Of a DNA stretch of 56,764 bases, positions 19,424-29,411 are shown piece by piece. The DNA is from an uncultured Oscillospiraceae bacterium (GTDB lineage: Bacteria; Bacillota; Clostridia; Oscillospirales; Ruminococcaceae): contig CAZDSQ010000001.1 of NCBI GenBank assembly GCA_964508295.1, positions 1-56,764 of the forward strand. The letters are read 5' to 3'. The position numbers were made by a program, and so were the translations under genes. The stretch's first letter is position 1, and each line of letters starts with the position of its first letter. The notes beneath the pieces are model-generated. The model was given only the letters and a program-made list of their open reading frames with translations. It made no database searches and was not told where the DNA came from.

Positions 19424-19936
19424 ATGATAAAGCTTTTTGGATGTCTTTTGATTGTGTCATCATCGGTTTGCATAGGAATAAGCTACATAAATACGCTTAA
19501 AAAAAGAGTCAACGGAATTTCTATAATGATTGAGCTTCTGTCCGCTCTTAAAATAAAAATAAATTATGAGTTTTCAGCATTGCCGGATCTCTTGACACAA
19601 ATGCAGAAAAAAGCAACAGATAGCGAGTTAATACTCTTAAACGAGTGTGTTTCGTGCTTAAAACGCGGCGCTGATCTTAAATCTGCTTGGAATGCAGGCA
19701 TAGGAATGTTTTCAGAGCAAATGCACCTCACCAAAAAAGATACAGAGGTTTTAAATGAGTTTGCGATATGCCTTGGTGACAGTGATATTAGCGGTCAGAT
19801 CTCAAATATACAGCTATATACCGAAATGTTAAAAAAGAATTTGAGTGAGGCAGAAGGTGTTTTAAAAGAAAAATCAAAAGTAACACTGAGTTGCAGCTTG
19901 TTCGGCGGTTTAATATTTTTTGTGCTATTGATTTAG
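19424..19936 (+). CDS. spoIIIAB: Stage III sporulation protein AB
   Basis: 170 aa with N- and C-terminal TM segments, in operon position 2. Confidence 0.8.
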   Translation: MIKLFGCLLIVSSSVCIGISYINTLKKRVNGISIMIELLSALKIKINYEFSALPDLLTQMQKKATDSELILLNECVSCLKRGADLKSAWNAGIGMFSEQMHLTKKDTEVLNEFAICLGDSDISGQISNIQLYTEMLKKNLSEAEGVLKEKSKVTLSCSLFGGLIFFVLLI

Positions 19937-19954
19937 CAATCGGAGGAAAAGGAA

Positions 19955-20149
19955 ATGGATGTAGATCTGATATTTAAAATTGCGGCTATAGGAATAATTG
20001 TTTCGGTGCTAAATCAAGTTCTTATTCGCTCCGGAAGAGAAGAACAAGCAACTATGACAACACTCGCGGGACTTATTGTTGTACTTATGATGATGATCTA
20101 TCAGATAAGTGACCTTTTTGACACCGTAAAAAGCGTTTTTGGGCTTTAG
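19955..20149 (+). CDS. spoIIIAC: Stage III sporulation protein AC
   Basis: 64 aa with two TM segments (DLIFKIAAIGIIVSVLNQVL...), in position 3. Confidence 0.8.
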   Translation: MDVDLIFKIAAIGIIVSVLNQVLIRSGREEQATMTTLAGLIVVLMMMIYQISDLFDTVKSVFGL

Positions 20150-20157
20150 GAGAAAAA

Positions 20158-20553
20158 ATGGACATTGTTTCAGTGGCGGTAGTTGCTCTTTTGGCGGCAC
20201 TTTTAGCGGTTGTTATAAAACAGTACAAGCCCGAATACGCGGTTGCAATAACCATAATAACGGCTGTGATTATTTTGATTGGTATAATGTCAATGATTGT
20301 TCCAATTGTTTATGAAATCAGAAAAATGATGGACCAAGTCGCAATAGACTATGATTACATAACAGTGCTGATTAAAGCTGTTGGAATATGCTATATAACA
20401 CAGTTTGCAAGTGATACTTGCAAGGATGCGGGACAAATTTCTATATCAAATAAAATTGAACTTGCGGGAAAGGTTGCTTTATGCATTTCGGCGCTTCCTC
20501 TTTACAGGGATTTGCTTTCTTTGACCCAGACAATTATAGGAAAGGCAATATAA
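20158..20553 (+). CDS. spoIIIAD: Stage III sporulation protein AD
   Basis: 131-aa membrane protein, in position 4. Confidence 0.8.
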   Translation: MDIVSVAVVALLAALLAVVIKQYKPEYAVAITIITAVIILIGIMSMIVPIVYEIRKMMDQVAIDYDYITVLIKAVGICYITQFASDTCKDAGQISISNKIELAGKVALCISALPLYRDLLSLTQTIIGKAI

Positions 20554-20556
20554 AAG

Positions 20557-21651
20557 ATGAAAAAAACAGTAATCTTTGCGTTTTTTTTGCTTGTTTTTGC
20601 ATGCTTTTCGGTTACAAGCTATGCCGCGGAAAGCTCTGTTGAGGATATTTTCCCAGATGACACGCAGCAGTTTCTAAATGAAAACGGCTTTAAAGACCTT
20701 GATATAGAAGCACTACTTAATCTGTCGCCAAGCGAGGTTGTTGAGTACATAGTTAACTCTGTAAAAAATGAGATCGATGCGCCGTTTATTTTATTTTATA
20801 TTGTTTTCCTTGTGATAATAATCACATCTATTGCCTCGGGAATAAACGGGGGATTTTTAAGCGCAGAACTTGGTAAAAGCTTTTCCGTAGTAGCTGTTCT
20901 TTCGGTTTGTACAACTGCAATAGTACCGATAATCGCCTGCATAGAGGAAACAAGACTGTTTATTACACAAATGAGCGGCTTTGTAAAGGTTTTTGTGCCG
21001 GTTTTGTCAGGGGTAATGATTGGCGGCGGGCAGGTAAACAGCGGAGCAGGTTATCAGCTTGTTATGATTTTTGCCGCTGAATTTCTGTCGACTTTTTTGT
21101 CGGGAATTATCCTGCCGCTGATACTTATGTATCTTGCTTTAGCAACAGTCAGCAGAATAACTGCTGGATTTAAAATAGATTCAATAACCGATTCAGTCAA
21201 ATCTGTTGTAAATTGGTCACTTTCTCTGCTTATGGGTGCTTTTGTCGGGCTGATAACAATAAAAGGACTTATTGGTACGGGATCAGATTCGCTTGCTCTT
21301 CGCACAGGAAAGTTTTTTGTGGGCAGTTTTGTTCCGGCCGTTGGCGGAGCATTAGCTGAGGCGGCATCAACAGTTCAAAAAAGCGTTGGACTAATAAAAA
21401 ACACAACAGGAGTTTTTGGAATAATTGCAGCGGTGCTCTATTTTGTTCCGCCGCTTATCAAAATACTGGTATATAAGCTTACCTGCGATTTAAGCTCAAT
21501 AATAGGGGATATGCTTGGCGCGGAGAAATTGGCGGGACTTTTGAAGGATATTTCAGCAGTTTTAGGACTTTTAACATCGGTAATTCTGAGCTACGGCGCT
21601 TTGGTTATACTTTCAACTGCCGTAACACTCATTATCGGGAGCGGAGGATAA
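20557..21651 (+). CDS. spoIIIAE: Stage III sporulation protein AE
   Basis: 364 aa with a signal peptide and a polytopic core, in position 5. Confidence 0.8.
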   Translation: MKKTVIFAFFLLVFACFSVTSYAAESSVEDIFPDDTQQFLNENGFKDLDIEALLNLSPSEVVEYIVNSVKNEIDAPFILFYIVFLVIIITSIASGINGGFLSAELGKSFSVVAVLSVCTTAIVPIIACIEETRLFITQMSGFVKVFVPVLSGVMIGGGQVNSGAGYQLVMIFAAEFLSTFLSGIILPLILMYLALATVSRITAGFKIDSITDSVKSVVNWSLSLLMGAFVGLITIKGLIGTGSDSLALRTGKFFVGSFVPAVGGALAEAASTVQKSVGLIKNTTGVFGIIAAVLYFVPPLIKILVYKLTCDLSSIIGDMLGAEKLAGLLKDISAVLGLLTSVILSYGALVILSTAVTLIIGSGG

Positions 21652-21652
21652 C

Positions 21653-22159
21653 TTGGAGGCTGTAAAGGTTTGGGGCTTTTCAATGTGCGCGGCAGTTGTT
21701 ATAGGCTCTGTGGTGTCAATGATAGTGCCGTCGCTTGAAAAGCAAAAGATGATGAAGCTGATAATTTCAGCATTTGTGCTTACCGGAGTTCTTTCACCTA
21801 TGCTTAATTTAATTGATAAGATTGATTTATCATTGCAGGCATCAGCCGAAAACGTAGTAGAAGAACAGTACTATGTTCTTGATGATGACCGATTAAGTGA
21901 GCTTGAAAACAGCGTTTCTCAGTCACTTTTTCCATTAGTAGAAGCCGAATTAGAGGTTTTGGAGCAATCCCGTGACTTCGGGATAAACACAGAGCTTAAG
22001 CAATCGGATGATGGAATACGTATAGAATGTGTGAATATTACTGTTATGGACTTGCATAAGATAGACAAGGATAGTTTAAAAGCTACTCTTGAGAAAAGTT
22101 TAGGGCTTCCAATAAGTATAAATGTTGCAAATGCCGAGGAGAATACCAAAAATGAGTGA
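21653..22159 (+). CDS. spoIIIAF: Stage III sporulation protein AF
   Basis: 168 aa with two N-terminal TM segments, in position 6. TTG start downstream of GGAGGA. Confidence 0.7.
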   Translation: MEAVKVWGFSMCAAVVIGSVVSMIVPSLEKQKMMKLIISAFVLTGVLSPMLNLIDKIDLSLQASAENVVEEQYYVLDDDRLSELENSVSQSLFPLVEAELEVLEQSRDFGINTELKQSDDGIRIECVNITVMDLHKIDKDSLKATLEKSLGLPISINVANAEENTKNE

Positions 22160-22700
22160 CAAGTTAAAATACTTTACAGATAATATTGCAAAAAAACTCG
22201 GAAACAAAAAGACGGTAAGCGTAATTTTAGTACTTGGAATATGCGGAATGCTTCTCATTGGCATTTCAGATGTATTTTCAGGAAATAACGCTTCTCAAGA
22301 AAGCACCGTTACAGTTGAAGAATACATAAAGACTCTCGAGGAAAGAACAAAAGATATGCTCACTTCAATTGAAGGCGCAGGAAAATGCAAAATTATGATT
22401 ACTGCGGAAAGCTCGTCGGAACAAAACTTTGCAACAGACGATTCAATTTCGCAGGATATCCAATCCGATCAAGATGAAACCCAAAATAAAACAGATGTCG
22501 AAAAAGAAATTGTAATGGTTGAGGATTCTAACGGTAAAAAAATAGCGCTTGTAAAAAATGTTATTGAACCAAAAATCAGAGGGGTATTAGTTCTATGTGA
22601 AGGTGCGGATAATATCGAGATAAAGGAAACGATAACGAACGCTGTTAAGACTTTGTTGGGTATATCCTCAAATAAAATCAGCGTAATTAAAATGAAATAA
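22152..22700 (+). CDS. spoIIIAG: Stage III sporulation protein AG
   Basis: ATGAGTGA start/stop overlap with spoIIIAF. One TM plus the C-terminal ring-domain signature PKIRGVLVLCEGA. Confidence 0.75.
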   Translation: MSDKLKYFTDNIAKKLGNKKTVSVILVLGICGMLLIGISDVFSGNNASQESTVTVEEYIKTLEERTKDMLTSIEGAGKCKIMITAESSSEQNFATDDSISQDIQSDQDETQNKTDVEKEIVMVEDSNGKKIALVKNVIEPKIRGVLVLCEGADNIEIKETITNAVKTLLGISSNKISVIKMK

Positions 22701-22713
22701 GGGAGAAAGTGTT

Positions 22714-23247
22714 ATGAAACTCAATGTACTAATCAGAAAAAGACAGTTAATTTTGGCGGCGCTTGTTGTCGTACTTGGTGTAGCGGTTTATCTCAATTGG
22801 GAGTTTTCTAATAATGATGTGAACTTAGAAACATCGGGAGACAGTGATAAGGTTTACGGTGAAACTCAGCAAACCGGCGTTGAGGTAACAGAAACTTCTG
22901 AGGCATATTTTGCTCAAGCAAGGTTAAACAGACAAAAAAATCGAGATGAGGCACTTGAAAGTGTTCAAACTATGCTCGAAGACACAACTTTGACCGAGGC
23001 ACAAAGAACTCAAATAACACAAAAAGCTGCGGAAATAGCGGAGCTCGCAAAGAGTGAAACAGATATTGAGGAGCTTGTAAAAGCAAAGGGATTCAGCGAG
23101 TGCGTTGCATTTGTTGATGGCGAAACCGCTAGTGTTGTGGTAAGTTCAACGGGACTTTCGGAGGAGGAAGCAGCACAAATTTTTGAGATCGTTTTGCAAA
23201 AAACAAAAATAAATTCAGAAAATATTAATATTGTTGAAGCAAAATAG
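22714..23247 (+). CDS. spoIIIAH: Stage III sporulation protein AH
   Basis: 177 aa with an N-terminal TM, a charged linker and a C-terminal YscJ/FliF-like domain, in position 8. Confidence 0.75.
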   Translation: MKLNVLIRKRQLILAALVVVLGVAVYLNWEFSNNDVNLETSGDSDKVYGETQQTGVEVTETSEAYFAQARLNRQKNRDEALESVQTMLEDTTLTEAQRTQITQKAAEIAELAKSETDIEELVKAKGFSECVAFVDGETASVVVSSTGLSEEEAAQIFEIVLQKTKINSENINIVEAK

Positions 23248-23275
23248 TTGTGTATTTTGAAATTTGTGGTATAAT
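23248..23275 (+). promoter_or_regulatory. Putative sigma-A promoter for asp23-nusB
   Basis: TTGTGT, 16-nt spacer, then an extended -10 TGgTATAAT. Confidence 0.5.
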
Positions 23276-23349
23276 ATAAGTGTATATTTAAGGATTATGT
23301 GCATAAAAATGCATTTATGCATGTATCAATAAAGGAGGATGTATTTACC

Positions 23350-23727
23350 ATGAGTTATCAAAATGATTTTTCTGAGCGCATTGACAATGTCGGAAATCTT
23401 AAGATTTCCGAGGACGTAGTTGCAGCTATCACAAGAATTGCTACAAAGGAAATTGAGGGTGTTGCAGAGCTTGCAGTTGCTCCTTCAAGCATCAAGGGAC
23501 TTTTTAAGTCGAAACCCGTTAAGAGCGCTGTTTCGGTTGATCTTAATGACGGCGTGGCTGTTATTGATGTTTACTTAAAGATTAAATACGGAGCAAAGGT
23601 TCAGACTGTTGCCGCTGAAATCCAGAAGAAGATCAAGGATTCTGTTCAGAATATGACTTCGATTGCAGTCTCTAAGGTAAATATTCACGTTTCCGGAATT
23701 GTGATTGAAGATAAAAACAGAAAATAA
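23350..23727 (+). CDS. Asp23/Gls24-family alkaline shock protein
   Basis: LKISEDVVAAITRIATKEIEGV, typical of the Asp23 family. Occupies the position of B. subtilis yqhY upstream of nusB. Confidence 0.8.
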   Translation: MSYQNDFSERIDNVGNLKISEDVVAAITRIATKEIEGVAELAVAPSSIKGLFKSKPVKSAVSVDLNDGVAVIDVYLKIKYGAKVQTVAAEIQKKIKDSVQNMTSIAVSKVNIHVSGIVIEDKNRK

Positions 23728-23730
23728 ACA

Positions 23731-23760
23731 AATAAGCCCGTTAGGGCTTATTTGTGTTTT
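23731..23760 (+). terminator. Terminator or attenuator after asp23
   Basis: Stem AATAAGCCC/GGGCTTATT with a GTTA loop and a T-rich tail. Confidence 0.6.
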
Positions 23761-23785
23761 TGACTATGTGAACAGGGGATAACAA

Positions 23786-24202
23786 ATGACACGAAGCGAA
23801 TCAAGAGAGCAGGCGTTTATTCTTAATTTTGAAGCGCAGTTTTCAGATGCAGGCATTGATGAGATTATCGAGCTTGCAAGCGAAATGCGTGATTTTAAGG
23901 TGTCTGCTTTTGCATCAAGTTTAATTCATTTTACACAGGAAAACTGTGAGCAAATTAACAATACAATAGCAGGCTTTGCAAAGCGCTGGGATATGAAAAG
24001 AATCAGTAAGGTTTCTCTTTCCGTTCTCCAGCTTGCAATAGGTGAGATAATGCAGTTTGACGATATTCCCGTCAGCGTTACCATCAACGAGGCAGTTGAG
24101 CTTTGCAAGAAATACGGCGGAGATGAGGATTTTTCGTTTGTTAACGGAATTCTCGGCTCCTATGTTAAGACCTTGGACCGTGCCAACGGAAAGGGAGAAT
24201 AA
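23786..24202 (+). CDS. nusB: Transcription antitermination factor NusB
   Basis: 138 aa. RSESREQAF start and a VNGILG C-terminal motif. Confidence 0.9.
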   Translation: MTRSESREQAFILNFEAQFSDAGIDEIIELASEMRDFKVSAFASSLIHFTQENCEQINNTIAGFAKRWDMKRISKVSLSVLQLAIGEIMQFDDIPVSVTINEAVELCKKYGGDEDFSFVNGILGSYVKTLDRANGKGE

Positions 24203-24204
24203 CT

Positions 24205-25146
24205 GTGTCTGTTTATTTGGGAATTGACACAAGTAATTACACCTCGTCCGTTGCGGCTTACGACTCGGATAGCGGCAAGATGCTTTCTGAAAAGCTTCTC
24301 TTGCCTGTCAAAGAAAATAGCTGTGGCTTAAGGCAGAGCGATGCGGTTTTTCTGCACGTCAAACAGTTAGGAGATGTAGCAGAGGCGGTATTGTCAAAGC
24401 TTAATGAAAAGCCTGTTGCAATTGGTGTCTCGGTTTCTCCTTGCGACAATGAGGGCTCGTATATGCCTTGTTTTCTCGTCGGTAAAATGCTTTCGCAGGC
24501 GCTTTCTGCAGCCTATGGCTCAAGACAGCATTTCTTTTCACACCAGAGAGGGCATATTGCAGCGGCGCTTTATTCGGCTGATAGGCTTGATTTAATAAAA
24601 AACGAGTTTCTTGCGCTACATATTTCTGGCGGAACGACCGATTTACTTAAAATCACACCCGATGCAGAAAAAATCATTTCTGTAGAGTGCATAGGCAAGA
24701 GCCTTGATATTAAAGCGGGACAAGCTATTGACAGAGTCGGAGTAATGCTGGGTCTTGACTTTCCTTGCGGTGCTCAGCTCGAAGAGCTTGCAAGTAAATC
24801 AGACAGAAGCTTTAAAATAAAACCCTGCGTTAAGGGTACGGACTGTAATCTTTCGGGACTTCAAAATCAGGCTGAAAAGATGCTTGATTTTGGTAAAAAC
24901 AGCGCTGATATTGCAAGGTATTGCCTTGATTTTGTCGGTGAAACTATTGACAAAATGTGCGAGAATGCTCGCAAAATATATCCGGACCTTCCGTTTGTTT
25001 TTGCAGGCGGAGTTATGTCCAATAAAAAGATAAAAGACAATTTATCACAGAAGTATAATGGAATATTTGCAGAGGCGAGGTTTAGTAGCGATAACGCGGC
25101 GGGAATAGCGGTGTTGTGTAAAATTCGTGATGAGCAGTTTAAATAA
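24205..25146 (+). CDS. Divergent Kae1/TsaD-like (peptidase M22 / ASKHA fold) protein
   Basis: 313 aa with a GTG start. LGIDTSNYTSS, an H-x4-H motif (HQRGH) and GGVMSNKKI echo the TsaD motifs, but the protein is shorter and divergent. Confidence 0.55.
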   Translation: MSVYLGIDTSNYTSSVAAYDSDSGKMLSEKLLLPVKENSCGLRQSDAVFLHVKQLGDVAEAVLSKLNEKPVAIGVSVSPCDNEGSYMPCFLVGKMLSQALSAAYGSRQHFFSHQRGHIAAALYSADRLDLIKNEFLALHISGGTTDLLKITPDAEKIISVECIGKSLDIKAGQAIDRVGVMLGLDFPCGAQLEELASKSDRSFKIKPCVKGTDCNLSGLQNQAEKMLDFGKNSADIARYCLDFVGETIDKMCENARKIYPDLPFVFAGGVMSNKKIKDNLSQKYNGIFAEARFSSDNAAGIAVLCKIRDEQFK

Positions 25147-25165
25147 AGCTGAAAGAGGAATAAAA

Positions 25166-26437
25166 TTGGAGCAGGTAATTTCGGTTTCACAAGTTAATAA
25201 ATACCTGAAACTGAAAATGGACCACGATGTCCGACTCAGTGATATTTATATTGGGGGAGAAATCTCTAATTTTACAAATCACATTAAAAGCGGGCACTTT
25301 TATTTTTCTCTCAAGGATAGCGAAAGCATAATTAAAGCGGTAATGTTTCGCCAGCACGCCTCAAATGTTAAATTTACTCCTAAAGATGGCCAAAAGGTTA
25401 TTGTCAGAGGGCAGGTTTCGGTTTTTGAGCGGGACGGGATATATCAGATATATGCAACGGAAATGTTACCCGACGGGGCGGGAAATCTTGCTCTTGCTTT
25501 CGAGGAATTAAAAGAGAAGCTTAAAGCAGAGGGTATATTTGACGAGGCACATAAAAAGCCGCTTCCAAGCTACCCCGAAAAAATCGGAATTGTAACCTCT
25601 CCTACTGGGGCGGCAATTCAGGATATGCTCAATATTTTTAGTCGTCGCTATCCTATTTGTGAGCTTGTTTTGTATCCCGCATTGGTGCAGGGAGAAAATG
25701 CCGCAAAAACTGTAATTGACGGCATTAAGTACTTTAACAATAACGAAAATGTAGATGTTATTATAATAGGGCGTGGCGGCGGAAGCGCCGAGGAGCTATG
25801 GTGCTTTAATGACGAAATGCTCGCAAGAGAGGTCTATGCCTCTGAAATCCCCGTTGTTTCGGCGGTAGGACACGAGACTGATTTTACTATTTCGGACTTT
25901 GCCGCAGATCTCAGGGCACCGACACCATCAGCGGCCGCAGAATTATGTACACCCGATATAAATACCTTACTTTTCCGTATTTCAGAATTATCGCAAAAGC
26001 TTAATTCAGTTATCGAAAATAAATTATGCTATTATAATGAGAAGATACACAATTTAGAAAACAGACCTTGTATTCGTGATGTTCAGTTTTATATAGACAA
26101 TATGCGCTCTAAGCTCAATTTCTTTCTAAGCAGACCTTGCCTTAGCAAACCTGAAGAGCTTTTTGATAAGCAAAAAGCGTGCCTCAATCAGAAGGTTTCT
26201 GATGTTTCCGCTTTATCAGAACAGCTTTTGCATAAAAGACGCCTCGTGCTTGTAAATTACGCTGCAAAGCTTGATGGACTTAGTCCTTTAAAGGTCTTAA
26301 CAAGAGGTTTTTCAGCAGTAACAAAGGATAATAACATAGTGACTGCGAATGGTTTAAATGAAGGCGATGAAATTTCAATACTTTTTCACGATGGAACTGC
26401 CGATGCGCGTGTTACTTCCGTAAAAGAAAGAGGATAA
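25166..26437 (+). CDS. xseA: Exodeoxyribonuclease VII large subunit
   Basis: TTG start after AGAGGA gives MEQVISVSQVNKYLK. OB-fold N-terminus and GRGGGS motif. The ORF track's ATG at 25127 overlaps the upstream gene. Confidence 0.9.
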   Translation: MEQVISVSQVNKYLKLKMDHDVRLSDIYIGGEISNFTNHIKSGHFYFSLKDSESIIKAVMFRQHASNVKFTPKDGQKVIVRGQVSVFERDGIYQIYATEMLPDGAGNLALAFEELKEKLKAEGIFDEAHKKPLPSYPEKIGIVTSPTGAAIQDMLNIFSRRYPICELVLYPALVQGENAAKTVIDGIKYFNNNENVDVIIIGRGGGSAEELWCFNDEMLAREVYASEIPVVSAVGHETDFTISDFAADLRAPTPSAAAELCTPDINTLLFRISELSQKLNSVIENKLCYYNEKIHNLENRPCIRDVQFYIDNMRSKLNFFLSRPCLSKPEELFDKQKACLNQKVSDVSALSEQLLHKRRLVLVNYAAKLDGLSPLKVLTRGFSAVTKDNNIVTANGLNEGDEISILFHDGTADARVTSVKERG

Positions 26438-26441
26438 AATT

Positions 26442-26648
26442 ATGATGGACAGTAAAATAACTTTTGAAGACGCAATGAAAAGAATAGAAGAGATCGTTTC
26501 CGTTTTGGAAAACGGAAATTCTTCTTTGGATCAGTCACTTGAGCTTTTCGAGGAAGCTACAAAGCTTTGCGCTTTTTGCAATAAGCGCCTTGAAACCGCC
26601 GAACAAAAGGTTAAAAGCCTGGCTATAAATAACAATGAGGATAAATAA
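26442..26648 (+). CDS. xseB: Exodeoxyribonuclease VII small subunit
   Basis: 68 aa. FEDAMKRIEEIVSVLENG...LDQSLELFEEATKL. Confidence 0.85.
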   Translation: MMDSKITFEDAMKRIEEIVSVLENGNSSLDQSLELFEEATKLCAFCNKRLETAEQKVKSLAINNNEDK

Positions 26649-27533
26649 ATGTCTGATTTTGAAGTAAAACTGCAGGAATATTGTTCTTTGGTTGAAAAAG
26701 AACTTAATAATATTTTAAATCGTAATGATTTCAACAAGCAGGTGCTTTTTGATGCTATGAATTATAGTGTTGAGGCAGGTGGTAAAAGAATTCGTCCCGT
26801 TTTGCTTTTGGAGTTTAACAGAATTTGCGGCGGAGATGTTAAATCTGCTCTTCCGTTTGCCTGTGCAATGGAAATGATACACACATATTCGCTAATTCAC
26901 GATGATCTTCCTTGTATGGATGATGATGATATGAGAAGAGGAAAGCCCTCCTGCCACAAGGCTTTTGGTGAGGCGAACGCGCTTCTTGCGGGAGATGCTC
27001 TTTTAAATCTTGCTTTTGAAACAATGCTTTCTATGGAAAGCAATATTAAGCCCGAGCTTAAACTGAAGGCTGCTTCGGTAATTGGCAATTTCTCGGGCGC
27101 TGACGGAATGATCGGCGGTCAGGTTATCGACCTTCAAAACGAGGGTAAAGAAATATCCGAGGAGCTCCTGCTGACATTATACAGAGATAAAACAGCGGCG
27201 CTTTTGAGAGCCGCATCAACTGCAGGGGTTATTCTTGCAGGCGGTGATCAAACTAAAATTGAGGCTGCTGACTGCTTTGCTGAAAAGATCGGTTTAGCTT
27301 TTCAAATTATTGATGACATTCTCGATTGTGTCGGCGATGCATCTGTACTTGGCAAACCGATAGGCAGTGATGAAAAGAATAACAAAACGACCTATGTTTC
27401 CTTTCACGGAATTGATGGGGCAAAGGCTAACGCTTTAAAACTTACTAATGAAGCGGTATCTGCCTTGGATGCTTTTGAGGACAATACCTTTTTAACACAA
27501 TTATCTGACTATTTATGTACCAGAAAAATGTAA
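26649..27533 (+). CDS. ispA: Farnesyl/geranylgeranyl diphosphate synthase (polyprenyl synthetase)
   Basis: First DDxxD region (LIHDDLPCMDDDDMRRG) and second region (FQIIDDILD). Confidence 0.85.
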   Translation: MSDFEVKLQEYCSLVEKELNNILNRNDFNKQVLFDAMNYSVEAGGKRIRPVLLLEFNRICGGDVKSALPFACAMEMIHTYSLIHDDLPCMDDDDMRRGKPSCHKAFGEANALLAGDALLNLAFETMLSMESNIKPELKLKAASVIGNFSGADGMIGGQVIDLQNEGKEISEELLLTLYRDKTAALLRAASTAGVILAGGDQTKIEAADCFAEKIGLAFQIIDDILDCVGDASVLGKPIGSDEKNNKTTYVSFHGIDGAKANALKLTNEAVSALDAFEDNTFLTQLSDYLCTRKM

Positions 27534-27548
27534 AAAAAAGGAATGCTT

Positions 27549-29411
27549 ATGGAAAATAAAATTCTAAAAAAAATAGAATCACCGCAGGATGTTAAAAATC
27601 TTTCTGCATGTGAGCTTGAGCCGCTTTGTAGCGAAATAAGAGAAACCTTAATAGAAACCCTTTCAAAGAACGGGGGACACCTTTCCTCGAATTTGGGAGT
27701 GGTTGAGCTTTCTGTTGCGTTGCATAGAGTTTTTGAAAGCCCCAAAGACCAAATTGTGTGGGATGTTGGGCATCAGTCCTATACCCATAAAATTCTAACC
27801 GGCAGAAGAGAAAGAATGGGCACATTAAGAACTAAAAACGGCTTGTCGGGTTTTCCCACTCCTAAGGAAAGCGAGCATGATGCCTTTGTAACGGGGCACA
27901 GCAGCACCTCTCTTGCGGCCGCATTTGGTTTAGCAAGAGCAAAGACCATTGCAGGCGAGGATGGTCACGTTGTCGCAGTCGTTGGTGACGGAGCGGCAAG
28001 CGGCGGAATGTTCTACGAGGGTCTTAATAATATCGGAAGATACCACGACCGTCTTGTTGTAATTTTGAATGATAATAAGGTTTCGATTTCAAAAAACATC
28101 GGCGGTGTTGCAAAATACCTTTCAGAAATTCGCGTAAGGCCTAAGTATTTTAAGGCCAAGGATAAGATCGAGCGCTTTATTACCGAGCTTCCGTTTATAG
28201 GAAAATGGCTACGCAGACGTATTATTCGCTCAAAATCAATGCTTAAATATGCGCTTTATCATTCAACTTGGTTTGAGGAATTTGGATTTACCTATCTCGG
28301 TCCTGTTGATGGACACGATGTAAACTCTCTTTGTGAGGTTTTGGAGCGCGCAAAGTTCTTGAATAAGCCTGTTTTTGTTCATATTGAAACTGTGAAGGGC
28401 AAAGGCTACAAGTATGCCGAGGAAAACCCAGGCGCATATCATGGCGTTTCTTGCTTTGATATTCAAAAGGGGCATGGCGTTAATATCACATCAGAAGGTT
28501 TTTCTGAGGCTTTTGGTAAGATACTTACTAAGCTTGGAAAAGAGGACACAAGCATTTGTGCAATTTCCCCCGCAATGAAATATGCCTCGGGACTTAACTT
28601 GTTTGCAACAGAATATCCAAGGCGATTTATTGATGTTGGAATTGCAGAGCCTCTTGCGGTTACCTGCGCTGCTGGAATGGCTAAGAACGGGCTTGTTCCG
28701 GTTGTAGCAATATATTCAACATTTTTACAGCGTTCCTATGATCAGGTGCTTCACGATGCTGCTATAGATAATCTGCATATTGTTTTGGCGGTTGACAGAG
28801 CGGGAATAGTTGGTCCCGACGGCGAAACTCATCAGGGAATTTACGATGTTGCATTCCTTTCAACGATTCCTAATGTTACAATTTATTCTCCGTCCAATTT
28901 AACGGAATTAGAGCTTTGCTTAAACAGAGCAATTTACGATGAAAAGGGCGTTGTGGCGGTAAGATACCCTAAGGGTTGCCCAGAAACTATTGCTGAAAGA
29001 TTTGACCTGTCTGATGCTAAAAAAACTTTCTATAAATCGCAAAAAGATAACACTTCTTGTCTTGTAATTACCTACGGTAGAGAATATGCCCAGTGTGTAA
29101 AGGCTGTAGAAAAGTTTGAAGAAGAAAATATCGGTGTTGATATTTTAAAGCTTGTTAAGCTTGAGGTCTCGGCTGAGGTTATCGACATTGTGAAGAAATA
29201 TGACAGGGTTATATTTGTTGAAGAGGGCGTAGAGCGTGGCTCGGTTTCAGAGCTTTTTGGCTCTGAGCTTGCAAAGATCGGCTTTAAAGGTAAATATACA
29301 ACAAGAACGCTTGGTAATGGCTTTGTTTCACACCAAACCGTTAACGAGGCTTTGGAAGAGTACAAGCTAAACAGCAAAAATATCTATGAACTTATAAAGG
29401 AAACAATATAA
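27549..29411 (+). CDS. dxs: 1-deoxy-D-xylulose-5-phosphate synthase
   Basis: GGHLSSNLGVVELSVALH, GHSSTS and GDGAASGGMFYEGLNN motifs. The second in-frame ATG is chosen for better RBS spacing. Confidence 0.92.
   Translation: MENKILKKIESPQDVKNLSACELEPLCSEIRETLIETLSKNGGHLSSNLGVVELSVALHRVFESPKDQIVWDVGHQSYTHKILTGRRERMGTLRTKNGLSGFPTPKESEHDAFVTGHSSTSLAAAFGLARAKTIAGEDGHVVAVVGDGAASGGMFYEGLNNIGRYHDRLVVILNDNKVSISKNIGGVAKYLSEIRVRPKYFKAKDKIERFITELPFIGKWLRRRIIRSKSMLKYALYHSTWFEEFGFTYLGPVDGHDVNSLCEVLERAKFLNKPVFVHIETVKGKGYKYAEENPGAYHGVSCFDIQKGHGVNITSEGFSEAFGKILTKLGKEDTSICAISPAMKYASGLNLFATEYPRRFIDVGIAEPLAVTCAAGMAKNGLVPVVAIYSTFLQRSYDQVLHDAAIDNLHIVLAVDRAGIVGPDGETHQGIYDVAFLSTIPNVTIYSPSNLTELELCLNRAIYDEKGVVAVRYPKGCPETIAERFDLSDAKKTFYKSQKDNTSCLVITYGREYAQCVKAVEKFEEENIGVDILKLVKLEVSAEVIDIVKKYDRVIFVEEGVERGSVSELFGSELAKIGFKGKYTTRTLGNGFVSHQTVNEALEEYKLNSKNIYELIKETI

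Noticed and set aside
23295-23330. Three closely spaced TGCAT/ATGCAT palindromes in the asp23 leader, and the upstream in-frame ATGs at 23299 and 23317.
   Set aside because: The motifs are short and AT-rich and could arise by chance. The downstream ATG at 23350 gives the canonical Asp23 N-terminus, although its RBS spacing is slightly long.
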